A stretch of DNA of 64,000 bases. It comes from Ramazzottius varieornatus (taxonomy: Eukaryota; Animalia; Tardigrada). Both the position numbers and the translations under genes were made by a program. Below the pieces are notes generated by a model. That model did not search any database and was not told where the DNA came from. It saw nothing but the letters and a program-made list of their open reading frames with translations. Shown one piece after another: positions 49,101 to 63,043 of the stretch. How positions within the stretch are numbered: position 1 is the stretch's first letter; each line of letters starts with the position of its first letter. The stretch covers positions 8,360,448 to 8,424,447 of the forward strand of contig BDGG01000002.1 of NCBI GenBank assembly GCA_001949185.1, read 5' to 3'.

Positions 49101-52100
49101 CAGATGCACCTACCACCACCACAGACGCGCCAACCACCACCACAGACGCGCCAACCACCACCACAGACGCGCCTACCACCACTACGCACGCGCCTACCAC
49201 CACCACAGACGCGCCTACCACCACCACAGACGCGCCAACCACCACCACAGACGCGCCTACCACCACCACAGACGCGCCAACCACCACCACAGACGCGCCA
49301 GCCACCACCACAGACGCGCCAACCACCACCACAGACGCGCCTACCACAAGTACGGACGCGCCTACCACCACCACAGACGCGCCTACCACCACCACAGACG
49401 CGCCTACCACAAGTACGGACGCGCCTACCACCACCACAGACGCGCCTACCACCACCACAGACGCGCCTACCACAAGTACGGACGCGCCTACCACCACCAC
49501 AGACGCGCCAACCACCACCACAGACGCGCCTACCACAACTACAGATGCACCTACCACCACCACAGACGCGCCAACCACCACCACAGACGCGCCAACCACA
49601 ACGACAGATGCACCTACCACCACCACAGACGCGCCAACCACCACCACAGACGCGCCTACCACAACTACAGATGCACCTACCACCACCACAGACGCGCCAA
49701 CCACCACCACAGACGCGCCAACCACCACCACAGACGCGCCTACCACAACTACAGATGCACCTACCACCACCACAGACGCGCCAACCACCACCACAGATGC
49801 ACCTACCACCACCACAGACGCACCGGTGACTACCGCAACAGTTGCACACACCATTACGACGGACGCTATGACCGCCACCGCGAGTGGCGCAACGAGTAGC
49901 GCTGCTCCAGTCACTACCACAGTACCTGGTAAGAGAAGTGGTTCGTGGTGTGTTTGTACGAAGTGCGGGAAATGGTTGGATGCCAGGTTTGGGTATCTAC
50001 CTGGGTAAGGAGGAATCGACCCATGTATTCCACTGAGCAGAAGCACGCGTATTACTGGCTCTGAGCACTGTAGAGACTGAGCGAGTGCGTCACAACAGTA
50101 ATCGGATCGACTTTGTTTGTCGATCGCAGCCTAGTGCAGCTGCTTTCCAATCCGGAGCATGTGGTGCAGGCAATCAACCGACACGTTTGTTGATCTATAA
50201 TCAACTTACTCCGTTTTGATTGCCAGAACCCAATCAATGGCGCATCAAGTAATTCTCTTTCCTCTACATCTTGAAGTTGAATGAAGACAGAATCCGCCAC
50301 GCGAGCAACCCGATCAAAACCAACTACAGGAAACAAAACCAAACAAAGCGCTTACGAGACACCATCCAACAAAGGAACAACCTAGGCAAACTCATTTTTA
50401 CCGTTTTTTAGTTCGAAATGTTTCGCGACGTGAGTATTGTTGGAAGCGGAGTCACGGTAATCGCCCCCGCTTCTGGCTTGGGTGGGTTGGTGATTGCAAA
50501 CGTTCGTCCTAGGTTAACTGGTGCACCGTTTCACACTTTAGGGACTTTAGGGTGTGCCGTATGCCTTTCGAGCTATGACTAAAACAGGTAGTCGGACTGT
50601 CGGCGCACTGCCGTCGCAGCGGTTGTGTGACTCGTGTCCGCGGAGCGCCGTAACGGACCGCGTAACGTAGCGATTGCGAAATTTTCCCGTACTCGGATCA
50701 ACTGGCGCGTCGGTTTCCATTACTGTGATTGCGATATCTTGAAAGCTTTCTTTTCCTCATCAACCGAATTCGTGAAAGACTTAAGGCGGCCTTGCTTCGC
50801 TAGGCCTGATAAGTTTTGATCATTTCGATAGCATGTGCTCAAGCTTGTACCGTTGGGTCAGCGATAGTGAGTACTGCATGCCCACGTTACGACTTGGAAC
50901 TTTGAAGCAGCAACACAGGAGTGACTGCAAATTTTCAGTGTGCGTTTCATCACTGTAGGATCTACGACGTCGACAACATCGATGCCGTCCACTACTACCG
51001 CAGCGCCTACCAGTTCAAGCACAGGTTAGGTCACCCGAAGTTTGTTTCACGTTTGCGTCTGTCGGTTAAACGGTAACTTTCACACAGGTCCTGCTTCAGC
51101 TACGACCGAAGTAGCATCCACGACGTCTACTGCTCCACTAGTTTCAACCTCCATCGCAACCAGTACCACGACGTCTATTCCATCGACTATCACAACACTG
51201 CCAACTACCACCACAACGTTGTCAACGCCAGCCACATCCACATCAACCACTGCACTGCCAACGTCAACGTCCACCAGCACCTTCCCCGTATCCTCTACGA
51301 CTACTGTCGCAGCAATTTCCACTGCGCCTCCGAGCAGTTTTCCAAGCTGTTATCCTCGCTGTGACGCGACGTACTGCTCCACCAAGCTTCCCGGTATTAC
51401 CTACAACGAAGTCAGTCCCTGCAGTCGTAACTACTGCAAGTGTAACAGCGGTGTGGGAACGTATCTGTCGTGCGCCAGTGGCAAGTACTTTGACAGTAGT
51501 GTCCCTCTGGGCGCGTCTTCCTGCCACTTCGGTAACGCCACCTGGTGCCCACCGGGTGGTGGACTCAGTGGTCCAGCCCCTCCAACTCTCCAGGAAGTCT
51601 CCCCGAAATGTAACGCAGCCAACTGCGCAGCCAGAAACGGCGCAAATTTGTACTACGCTCTAGACTGTTGCAGTCGGTACTGGTGTTACTGCTATACCAA
51701 CAACACACAGGCCGTACAAACCTGTCCAACAGGACAGTGCTTTGACAGCCGCTCCGAATGGTCTCAGTGCCGCAACTGTAGCTTGCTGGAATTCTGCCCC
51801 TCCGTATTCGTCACTACGACCCTGTCACCAACCACCGTGTCCACCACCGCTGCTCCAACGACAACCACGGCTTTGCCAACAACAACCACGACAACTCCGG
51901 CACCAACCACCACAACGGCTGCGCCGACAACAACCACCCCGGCACTCACCACCACTACAGTAGCTCCGACCACGACAACCGCACCACCTACTACACCGAC
52001 CTCCTCACCCACAACCACTACTGCAGCACCAACGACTACAACAGCGCCACCGACAACTACCACTACGGCTGTGCCGTCCTCCACCACCACCGCCATCACC

Positions 52101-54161
52101 ACCACCACCACAGCTCCTGCTGGTACAACCACTCTGAGTGCCACGACCACCACATCTGCTCCTGGAATGCCGACTTGCTACTCTCGTTGTGATTCCACCT
52201 TCTGTGCCAGTAAGGGCTCAGGTGAGACTAAGCTTGTATAGTGCTACCGTATAACCGTTCGGTCATATCATGGAATGATGACAACCTGACCCCTTGCGTC
52301 TTCGCTAGGTATCACCTACAACGAAGTCAGTCCCTGCAGCCGCAACTACTGTAAATGTAACAACGGCGTTGGAACGTATCTGTCTTGCGCTAGTGGAAAG
52401 TACTTTGACGGCAGTGTCCCTCTCGGCGCGTCTTCCTGCCACTTCGGAAACGCCACCTGGTGTCCACCGGGCGGTGGGCTCAGTGGACCGGCCCCTCCAA
52501 CTCCCCAAGAAGTATCTCCGATGTGTAACGCAGCAAACTGCGCAGCTCGGAATGGCGCCAACCTATACTACCCTCTCAGCTGCTGTAGTCGCTTTTGGTG
52601 CTACTGTTACACCAATAACACCCAGGCTGTACAAACCTGTCCCACCGGACAGTACTTTGATCATCGTTCCGAGTGGGCGCAGTGCCGTACTTCTAACTTA
52701 TTGGAATTCTGTCCTACCACTTTCGTAACCACAACGGTCTCCCCTGCTACAGCCACTACAGCTCCAACAACAACTACTACTACACCCAGCACTACTACCA
52801 CAACAATTCCAACGACTACTACTACACCCACCACTACCACCACGACAACTCCAACAACTACTACCACCCCCACCACTACCACCACGACAACAACTACAAC
52901 AACTAGAACAACTACAACAACGGCAACTACGTCGACTACCACAGTAGCTTGTGTGACTTCTGGTCCCAGTACTGGGGTACCCAACTGCTACTCTCGTTGT
53001 GATTCAACCTACTGTGCCAGTAAGGGCTCAGGTGAGACTAAGCTTGTATAGTGCTACCGTATAACCGTTCGGTCATATCATGGAATGATGACAACCTGAC
53101 TCCTTGCGTCTCCGCTAGGTGTCACCTACAACGAAGTCAGTCCCTGCAGTCGCAACTATTGCAAATGCAACAACGGCGTTGGTACGTATCTGTCGTGCGC
53201 TAGTGGAAAGTACTTTGACGGTAGTGTCCCTCTGGGCGCATCCTCTTGTCATTTCGGAAACGCCACCTGGTGCCCACCGGCTGGTGGACTGAGCGGTCCA
53301 GCTCCGTTGACGCTGCAGGAGCTGGCGCCCAAGTGCAACCAGGCCAACTGCGTGCTGCGAAATGGAGCCAACCTTTATTACCCCCTCGACTGCTGCAGTC
53401 GCTTCTGGTGCTACTGCTACGCCAATAACACCCAAGTTGTGCAAACCTGTCCCACCGGACAGTACTTTGATCATCGTTCCGAGTGGGTGCAGTGCAGAGC
53501 TTCTTCAGCCCTTGAGTTTTGCCCGACTACGTTCATCGCTACCACTCCGGCTGCATGTGTGACCGCCGCTGCTACTAGCACTGTTGCACCGACTACCCCC
53601 GCTGCGCCGACTACTACAGCTGTTCTTACCACCACCACAACGACACTGGCACCAACTACTACGACCACTACCACCGTGGCGCCCACTACCGCGGCCCCTA
53701 CAGCTCGTCCCACCTGTTACAGCCGTTGTGACATGACTTTCTGTAACGGCAAGACCACCGGTTACTACGCTAGTGACCTGTGCAGTCGCAACCTATGTGG
53801 ATGCAACACAACGACAAACACTGCTCAGTATTACGGTTGCCCCAGCGGACAGTATTTCAACGAAGGCTTGCAGTCGTGCCAGCCAATCGGTGACTCCTAC
53901 TGTCCCACCACCGGTACGCCCACGGCTGCAGCTCCGCAGCCGCTAGCTAATGTCCAAGGCTTGTGTAACGCCCAAAACTGTGCCGATCGTCTGGGCCAAG
54001 ACACCTACTACCCCTTGGAATGTTGCTCGCCCTACTGGTGCTACTGCTTCTCCAACGGCACTATCGCAGTGCAGACTTGCCCAGCTGGTCAATATTACGA
54101 TCATCGCCAAGAATGGGTCCAATGCCGAGGCATCAGCCAACTAGAATACTGCGCTCACTAA
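46113..54161 (+). CDS. Giant secreted mucin with TTTTDAP repeats and Cys-rich modules resembling chitin-binding type 2 (peritrophin-A)
   Basis: Signal peptide; modules ending in CGPDEFFDP/CPTGQYFD...C; exons 46113-49928, ~50960-51024, ~51088-52221, 52309-53031 and 53119-54161. Frame across the N gaps cannot be determined. Confidence 0.8.
46862..49823 (+). repeat. 21-nt coding minisatellite (acc acc acc aca gac gcg cct/cca; TTTTDAP) with assembly gaps at 47539-48198 and 48917-48966
   Basis: About 100 visible copies, read directly. Confidence 0.97.
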
Positions 54162-55450
54162 CAAAGGTAACATTACTTTCTATCGTCTGTAACCGAATCC
54201 AGACGACACACCATATTGACGCGCGTTCTTTGCAGTCTGCCACGTCGGAACAAAGCGGCCATCAATCTATTTCATTGGATCCGCTTAGTTTTGCTCCCTC
54301 GTTCTTTATTCCAACGTAATACATCCGCGACTTGTATCGTCTTTCTGGGAACTAGTGTACAAGCTACAATTTTCAGAGATTGTACATCAAAGCTTCCCCC
54401 ACTAGCGCCAAAATGAGCTAATTCGTCGTAAAGTTGATGTCGAACATGCGACACTGATTCTGTATGCGTGGCCAACTGCATTTTCATGCCAACCCCAAGA
54501 CGATCAAAACAGACGTTCATTGGTCAGTCAGAAGTATCAAATACAACGCTAACAGACGGCCTTCTGCAGAAGTGTGGAACGTATCATTGGTGTATCCCCT
54601 CCTTTCGATCAATGAAACTTAGTTGATCCACTGAGACTGAAAAGTCCAAATTAGCTGTTATCTCATTTTTCTATACAGTCCTACCTGTGAGATGTGACAA
54701 TTGCTTCTTCTGCAACCGAGCAGCGTTTCTGCACGAGACTGCTGGCCAAGCACTGCGCAGCATCGTCAGCTGATCGACGTCCGGTTATGGCTTGACTTGA
54801 TCAAGTAATCAAACGCGTGTCTGATCAGCTAATCGGTCTCACGCGAATAGCATGGCGAGCAGCCCCGTGTACACACGTACCGTCCGGAACTGAAATCGGG
54901 CGTTTGGACTGTCACATCTCACAGGTAGGACTGTATCACTCTTTAGTTGATTTATGTCGCTTGATTCATCGTTTAGGTACGCGATTAAACATCCGGACCA
55001 AATACAACAGTAAAAACAGTAAAACATCTAGATTCGACCGTGGATTGAATCTCACTTTGGACGGCTGACGTCAGGACGTCCCAGACGCCAAAGAATGGCA
55101 GTACACTGCATAAAGGACAGCCTGCGTTCTGCTGGCAAAAGAGCTTGAGCCTTAGTAAGACATAGAAGAACTCTGTCTGAAAGGGTTTGTGGCAGAATAA
55201 AAGTAATATCAAAAGATAAAAAGGCTGCAAGCTCAGTGGACAGCTTGGGCCAGGCAGCTCCACCAACGCACGAAAACTGGCTTATTGTACAGCGTGAGTA
55301 TATCTAAAAATGAATCAAGAACTGATGGTGAAACAGTACCATGGAAGACGATGAAGACCCCCAGAAAAGAAGTCTGTCTAGCAAATGCGAAATCGAAAAA
55401 CGTCAATATTCCTTACCGTGCAGATGGTAGGAAAAGAAGCCAAACCTTTT

Positions 55451-58026
55451 CTAGCCCCATTCGACCAGCTGGCCAAACTTGGAGGTGCTGGAGCTCCAGC
55501 CGTGCGTCCGCTGAGCACGGTACTGTTTCATCACCGACTTGTTGAAAACCGGTAACAGTTCGCTAGCGCTGTCCGACAAAGTCTACAGACCACCAGATTT
55601 GAAATGACGAAGTATGAAGAAAATTCGTCCAACTGATCATACCTTCAAATAAATTAGAGCGTCGGTTCCGTAACCTGAAATCAGGATAATTTAGCTGACA
55701 GGAAGAATGGACTTTGTGTGGGGACTGACCATGAACGGAATACACTTGCAGGTCTCCGTGAAAATACCGGGCGTATAACCGGGAAAGCGGTAGTCCGTAG
55801 CCATACCCCGCCTACAAGATACAAGTGAACCCATTACAAACGTTTTCGATGGGCTTCTGCTCGGCAAAGTTGAAGAAGCCCGCGATAAACGGAGAAAAAA
55901 GAAGCACATAGTACCATTGCTGGAACATTCTGTCCAGGTTCCACTTCTCCGCCCAGTGGCGTCGGTGCCGTACTGAACATATAGTCGAAGAGCTGGCAAA
56001 AACACCTACCCTTATTATTGGTCATACATATTTTGAAAAAATAGAAATAGCAGTCACAACAGTGGTACCTTCGGCATGTTGCTTTGTGGGATGCCGCCTC
56101 CAAAATCCGACATCTGCAAGACAATAAGAAACCAGCACTTTCAACTCGGTCATCCTCCGCCGCACTAAAGGTACGGGACACCTGACAGACAGTTTCATAC
56201 CTTGATGGTGACGTCTTCGGCCGTCTTGACGATGACGACATCGATGGGCGGCAAGTGGGCGTCAGCGATACCCAGTGGCTCCGTCGAGCGTTCGCATACC
56301 GCTCTCATGGCGTTCTACAGAAGACCATAGAAAAACTCGCTAGTCGTAAAACCGTTCGGGCTGAATATGATGGGTACCTTGAATAGTTCGAAGGATATGT
56401 GAAAGAGGTGGGAAGGGACGTAGACCATCTTGGCGGGGACACCTTCCTCTACCGTGTTGATGCACTGCAGGCGCAGTTCCGGGTACTTTTCGTAGTTGGT
56501 CTCACATAACGCTCTCGCGTTCGTATACGCATCTGCAAAGTAGCCACAGGGGAATCAGGAATATCAGAACCCTGCAGTATGAGACTTAAGAAAACAAACC
56601 CCAGCAGATCGTTCTTACAAGTGGCGCACGCTTTAGCTCATAGCACTGACAACGTGCGCCACTTGGGAAAACAATCTTGCCACGTTTGTTTGGCAGTTTT
56701 CGTACAAGTTCTTTGGAGCGACCGTTACTAACTTACCTTCAATCACAGCTTGGATGTCACACTCGGGATCGATGGTGCCGATATGCCGTGCACTGAACGG
56801 TAGTTCGTTGCCGAAAAGCATGGCTACGACACACAATAAACGATCTGGCTCTCTCGCCTCGTTACAGAAGTTATCAACGAAAGAGACGTGCTAGTACTTA
56901 CTGTGTTGGGTGATGAGCATGCGGATGGAGATGCGCATCATGTAGAAGCGGTCGAGGAAGTACTGGATGCTCATGCGCGTGGCACTGTCCATCACGGGCT
57001 TCCCCTCGTCCAGGAGGGCTTTTCTCAGCTCGATCACTCCCTACAGAAAAACCACTTTCGAGCCTTCGCTGAAAATTAGCATAGGGACGAGCAGCACGAA
57101 CTGGCCTGTGCCATGGTTTCTACTACAAGCGTGTGGCGGTTCCGGATTTTGGCCAAATCTTCGGTGAATCTACGACAGACTATGAAAAAAAAAATCCCAA
57201 AAGTTATCAGAACTAACTGGCGTGACAACCTTACTTTGCCACAACTTTGCGTTCGTGTGGATCGGCATCGGCATATTTTATGACATCCAGGAAACTCTGC
57301 CGATACCAGTGCTGGACAATTTTTGTGCTAGGCTGCGACTGTAAATTCTGCGGTAGAAGCTGAATTTCTTTCATAATATTGGCCAAACGAACCTACGATC
57401 AAGATACTCGTTAATTTTCAGCGGGAGCTAGAAACTCGACAAGGTCCTTTTCCCAAGTGGCGCACGCTTGCGGCCAGTAAGGCTCACAACGTGCGCTACT
57501 TGGGGAAAAACCCCAACCTCGACAAGATCGTCAACGGAGTGGCGCACGCTTTCGGCCGATGGACCAGCAAGCGTGCGCCACTTGAGAGGACAGCCAGGGG
57601 CGAGAAGTTTGTCCAGCGGATCAGCTCGACTGTAACAACTTTTACCGGTAGTTCCGTCCGTAAAAACTCAAAGCTGCTCTGTGCGCAGAATTCCTTGCCG
57701 TTCGTCGAGAGGGACTTGCCAAAGTCCAGGAACTGTTTGATACTCATGGGTGTGGGGTTGAAGTGTGCGTAGTGGTTGATGGCCACGTCTTCCGCCGACA
57801 ACGGTCCTTCCGAATCGCTCAGCGGTACTCGATCAGCTTTAGCTGAGCCCAAAGAAGGCTTCGTTGTGGACAGCGGTGCTGAGGGTGAAGATGCAAAGTC
57901 GGTGGCAGCGCTGCTGGCTAATCGCTGATGGCGCAGTGAGCTGATGGACAAAGAGCGCCGATGCCATGTCGAGGCGACCAAGGCCTTCCTGGCCAGCGAG
58001 TCGATCCGTCTGGCTGCTTTCCTCAT
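55451..58026 (-). CDS. PDK: Pyruvate dehydrogenase kinase, mitochondrial
   Basis: [115 protein letters not shown]; ends QLVEWG*. Confidence 0.96.
56618..56665. repeat. Palindromic unit (x1, N24), PDK intron
   Basis: Perfect arms; flanks aaacaaacc...gatcgttctta and ggaaaacaatcttg...tttgtttg. Confidence 0.9.
57454..57584. repeat. Palindromic units (x2), PDK intron
   Basis: Units start at 57454 and 57536, both N25. Confidence 0.9.
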
Positions 58027-58714
58027 CTTCTGGTATCACAGTGATCCTCCTCGCTATCTTTGGATGTCCCGTGTCAAGGCCCCCTTTTCCACAGTCTGAA
58101 AGAATCAGCATGACTCTTCTCCGACTCAATTGACTGCGAACGAAAAGCTGCACCTTACCTCACTTGCTTCCCGCGTCCAGGGTATTTTCAACCTGGGTTG
58201 TAGAGCCTGGAGCAAAGCCTGTAACGACAACCAACGATAACCAAAAAGGTAGCAGAACACTTTGACAGTGATAGTTATTATGGATTTTCTGGGGGAAAGT
58301 GAAAAGTTGCAGACAGTCTAACAGTCTAACTAGTTATCGAGAATTCCGAATGAGCACCCTGTGGGTTGCCTAACCTAGTGCACGACTAGCAGTTGTGGTG
58401 AGCTGCACTATGGCGTCTATGATACAGACGCCCTACTGAATCAACAGTTAATCAGGATAACAGCTGACTGCTGACGCCACAATAGCTGCATGCTGTAAAG
58501 TCGCCTTTCCGATTTTCCGTCAAACTTTCCGACTTCCGACTGGTAAAACATAAGATAGCGCATTATACAAGGCAAATCAAAGTTTGCGGCAACAAACCTT
58601 ATCGGTTACAAGAAGTGTCTCGCGCTTCGGGGCAACGAGGTCCACAGAGAGCTAACACAATGAAACGAGAAACCCTCAGCCAAAACATCGCACTGGAAGA
58701 GAGAAAACCATGGA

Positions 58715-60784
58715 TCACTGGGACAGCAGACTTTCCAGCACGCTGCGAAACTGTTGCTGCTCTTTGCGACGTCGACCACCACCGTACCGCTCCGCATATG
58801 GAGCACGATACTGTTCCTGTTTGTGGTAAGGCTGGACGCCTGGCGAGGACTGGAGATCTTCCGGCTGCACCAACTTCCTCTTTGGAATATGTTTTATCAA
58901 AGCTCTCTCCCAGTCTCCGTGCTCTTTAACGTCTATCAGAAGAGCCGCTACTTGGTTTATCGTCAGGTTCTTGCCTCCCATGGCCCACCTGCAACGAAAC
59001 ACCGTCAGACAACCTGTTGAACTTGAGCTCCACAATCAACTTCCGGCCAATCAATCAACCAACAAAGACCAGCCAGCGGTTTCTCGCTCTTTTCCTCACC
59101 AAGAGTTTCTACCTTCTTTCCTTCTTCCACGGTTTACATATGGACCACGTAACTAGTAGAGACTGAAAAAAGTTGAGAATACCTGACGTAAACGTCGAGG
59201 GGAAGTTTGGCGCGTCTGAGACCTTGCTTCTTGCATTTGGCCATACTCAACGGTTTGGGGTTGGTCTTGTCTACCAGTCCTCCGATGATGTAAATGTCCT
59301 CTGGATTGAATTTCAGCAGGGTGTCTTCAGCGTTGTAGGACAGGTAGACTAGACGTTCTTTGGGAAAGAGGTCGAGGTAGCTCTTCTCGCTGACTTCGAT
59401 CAGGCAGCTGGGTTCGCCCAAGTTGGGGATGCCCCGCTTCAGGGCTTCCATCGTCATTCCTCTCATCCTCGCATTACAAATCTACACAAAAGTTAAAGAA
59501 AATGTCTGCATAAGCCTGCTCATGGAAGGCAAAGGTAGCTCGGCGAACAATCTTCACGAGCTCGTTGTCCGAGGTGGCGCGTACTTCCTGCCAAACACAC
59601 TGCGCCGTGCGCCACTTGGGATGACACACACTCGACAGGATCGCTGTCCAAAGTGGCGCGCGGGTGCAGTGTTCCGGGCTGGAAATGTACGCCACTAATA
59701 GAAAAATCATGTCGCCTGCGTTTTCTGAGCTCCCCGACGACCACGTCGACGTTACCTGAAACCAGAAAGGATCTCGGGCATCTTTATTGTAAGCATGAGC
59801 GTCGCGTATCTGCATGGCTGTGTTGGTTTGCTCGCGAATGCTCATCCAGTCGTCGTAATCCAAATCGAAGACCAACGGCTGGCCGAACATGCGTGCCTGG
59901 GCCAGCTTAACGTTTTGTGACATTAACATCGTTGTATCACGGATATAGGGAAAGATACTGTTGAGGTTCAGGCCATATCGGATAGCGTCGGGATCCTCTG
60001 CCACTTCGCGCCGAAGCTGCTGGTGTTTGATCTCCCTTATCGCACTGGCTGCTGCCTTCCGCTTCTTCTCGTTCTCCTCGGCCATCTCATTCTTGAAAAG
60101 GAACCGATAAAATTTTATCCTTGCGCTCCGCGAATTCTGCAACACAAAGATTTTCCTGCAACGTCAAGATCAAATCCAAGACAAGGCGAAAGAAATCCCA
60201 ACAAACTGCACCATCGCGCAATAAAAAGGCGGAGCTTACACTGTGTAGTGGCTAGCGTGCATGGAACTACAGCGCACCAGTCGGCTGTTTACCGCTGAAT
60301 AGCGCACTGCCTCCAACAGAGCCCCGCCTGCTCTGCACCAGTTGTCCAACCAAATAATTCAGCCAAAACTTACATGGGTCAGCACTCTGCGCCACTCGTG
60401 CTCGGTCAGTTTCGACGGTACTTGATTGCCTGATTGCTTCAACACCTCAAATTCAAACTGCAGGACTCTAAAGCGCTGTTGCTCCTCGTCGCTCAAGCCT
60501 GGAAGAGTGATATATTCCATGGGTGCTGGAGCAGTCAGATTAGCACTTTCTGGAGGATCTGCGCCGGTTGAGTAGGTGGATGTCTGTGAGCTGAAGGAAG
60601 CAGGACTTCTGCAAAGGAGTGATGAAAAGAGCGGCTTGATGTATTTTCGGCTGGTGCACAAGCATCTCGTCGTCGGCCTGCCTTCCACGCTGGTCCAGCT
60701 GCCGGAACTGCCATACTCGGCACACCGCCTCCAAAGTATACGTTGTGTCTGCCTGAAAACAGAAGAGAGCGATGAACATGCCAT
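58715..60784 (-). CDS. TRMT10C: Mitochondrial tRNA m1R9 methyltransferase / RNase P protein 1
   Basis: Presequence-like N-terminus; AQARMFGQPLVFDLDYDDWM, SYLDLFPKERLVYLS, YIIGGLVDK, RAKLPLDVYVR/WAMGGKNLTINQV, WERALIKHIPKRK. Confidence 0.92.
59571..59698. repeat. Palindromic units (x2, tail-to-tail), TRMT10C intron
   Basis: Units start at 59571 (N24) and 59650 (N25). Confidence 0.85.
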
Positions 60785-61632
60785 TTCGAAACTGCGAGAT
60801 GAACTGCGCTAATTATTGAAAAGAAAAACGGAATAATGCAATCGGGAACTGTTTGTCCCAATCAAAACTTCTAACTTAAGCAATCAACTGCCGTGTACAC
60901 CACTCGGAAATACGTCACTTCTATCTTCGGCACGGCCTTGTCAACTTAGCCAGCACGTGCCTTTTCCACCGATGTCGACGTGAATCTTGTATAGAGCTGG
61001 CAGACAACTTCTGCAGTCCATTTCTTTACCTTCTGCACTCTCTGGGACGCCTGCCCTTTTCCGCCAGTCATCTTTCGCTTACGGTGTACCTGGGAAATCT
61101 GCGGTTGTTGGATTCATTGACTGACCGAACGATGGAATAGTCACTAAAAGTCTGATCTGTACTGCGAGTGCTTCTCAGACTCTTCCCACGGTAAAAGGAT
61201 GCCTTGGATGTGCTCCTTGCATTTTACATCTTTTGTATTATAGATTTGTCACTTGCGGAACACACTGCTTACTGCGGCGGGAACAATCTAGGTGATATAA
61301 GTAAGTTCCTGACTGTTCCTTCAGGGAGGACTCGTTCAGCGCATCTGCGGCAACAAGCAGCGACGCATTTAATTGAGTCGCGCGTGATGTCATGAATGTG
61401 GTCGCGTTTGTGGTATCAGAGAATGGTGGTGTCAGTGGTGTCAGTGTAGGGATGACGTCACGCGCTTGCTGCGCGTGTATATATTATCAGCTGGCGTCAC
61501 ACTCGCTGCGCCGATTGCCATTTCGTTAGTCGTTACCCAGGCCAGTTGATACTTGTCTTAACCAACACCTTTCTCTAGTGCGATTTGACGCTGAGAAGTA
61601 TGTGAGTTTGTCATCTAGTTTCAGGTTGAAGC

Positions 61633-63043
61633 ATGGGTAACACAGCGTCGGATCGGAAGAAGGAGCTGTATGCGCAGCATCATTCGCGTCGCGAGTCTCT
61701 GACCTCGACTCCAGGTACTCCACCCGCCACTTCCCGCAACAAACAACGATTGGTCATTCAGGAATCCTCTGAAGACCCTTCGGCTACCGATAGCCACACT
61801 TCTCACTTCGACGAAGGGAGCAGTGGGGTCAGCGCTGCTCGCTCCAGTGCCAGCGATGCATTCGGTCGCGGTGGACTGACGACAGGCTCGCGCATTGTCC
61901 GTCCCCGAGCTACGACCATCAGCCATCCACCCGATGATCATTCTTTGCTGGCTTCCAGTACTCCCAGCGAGAACGAAACAACCCATTTACCCACTGTCTT
62001 CCGCTACAAAGGCCAAGCCAAGCAGGTCAGCAGTATTAATAGTTCAGCTGATAAACCAAAAGCGTGGGCCACTTTGTAAAACGATCTTCTTGAGTTGTTT
62101 AAAAAGCTTCCACTCATTTATATTTATCTTGGCTGCTGTCGTTGTGTGGTATGATGGTGACGGTTAATACTTACAAGGAGTATACCTCCAGTAATGCCGT
62201 GCTCATTTCGGGTTGACTTTTCAGGTATACATTGCGGGCAGCTTCAACAACTGGAAGACCAAGATTCCGCTTACCAAGTCACAAAGTGACTTTGTGACCA
62301 TTTTGGACTTGCCGGAGGGAAAGCATGAATACAAGTTTTTCGTCGATGGTCAGTGGGTTCTCGACCCGGATCAGCAGCATAAGGAAGCCGACGGTGAATC
62401 TGCCACCCGCAACAACGTCGTGGAAGTCAGCCGATCGGACTTTGAGGTATAAACTCTTCGATTCGTAAATTGACAGATGGGCAAACGAAACGTACAAGAT
62501 CGTGGGCTGAAGTAGCGCACTTTTCCGTCCAGAAACAGAGTCGACGAGAACTGGTTCAGATCGCTCTCGACAGTGGCGCACGCTTCCAGCCAGCAACACT
62601 GTAAAAGTGCGTCACTTGATACAGCGATCTCATAACGTTTCCTTTGCCGACCTTTCAAAGTATTGAATAAGTCGCCAGGCCAAGCCAACTTATGTCGACA
62701 GGTTTTTGATGCGCTGGCCATGGACTCTTCGGTTACCGACTCGAAAGGCTCGCTGACGTCGACCTTTAGCTCCTCTCCACCGGGAACCTATGTGCAGGAG
62801 ATTCCCAACAAGAAGCCCTACGAGTCGTCGACGGGGCCGCCCGTCCTGCCACCCCATCTGATGCAAGTCATCCTCAACCGCGACATCCCCGTCACCTACG
62901 AGCCGACGCTGCTACCGGAGCCCAACCACGTCATGCTCAACCACCTCTATGCCCTCTCCATCAAGGACGGTGTCATGGTCCTCTCTGCCACTCATCGCTA
63001 CCGCAAGAAATATGTCACCACCCTCATGTACAAACCCATCTAA
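61633..63043 (+). CDS. PRKAB: AMP-activated protein kinase beta subunit
   Basis: MGNTAS myristoylation start; carbohydrate-binding module VYIAGSFNNW...LDLPEGKHEYKFFVDGQW; PPVLPPHLMQVILN...EPNHVMLNHLYALSIKDGVMVLSATHRYRKKYVTTLMYKPI*. Exons 61633-62025, 62225-62446 and 62702-63043. Confidence 0.97.
62509..62618. repeat. Palindromic unit (1 complete plus 1 half), AMPK-beta intron 2
   Basis: acagtggcgcac-N25-gtgcgtcacttg at 62570-62618; half arm at 62509-62520. Confidence 0.85.

Noticed and set aside
46256-50046. Long antisense and alternative-frame ORFs (VVVVGAS, HHHRRA, PPPQTR)
   Set aside because: Artefacts of the stop-free 21-nt repeat and N gaps; only the TTTTDAP frame joins a signal peptide and Cys modules.
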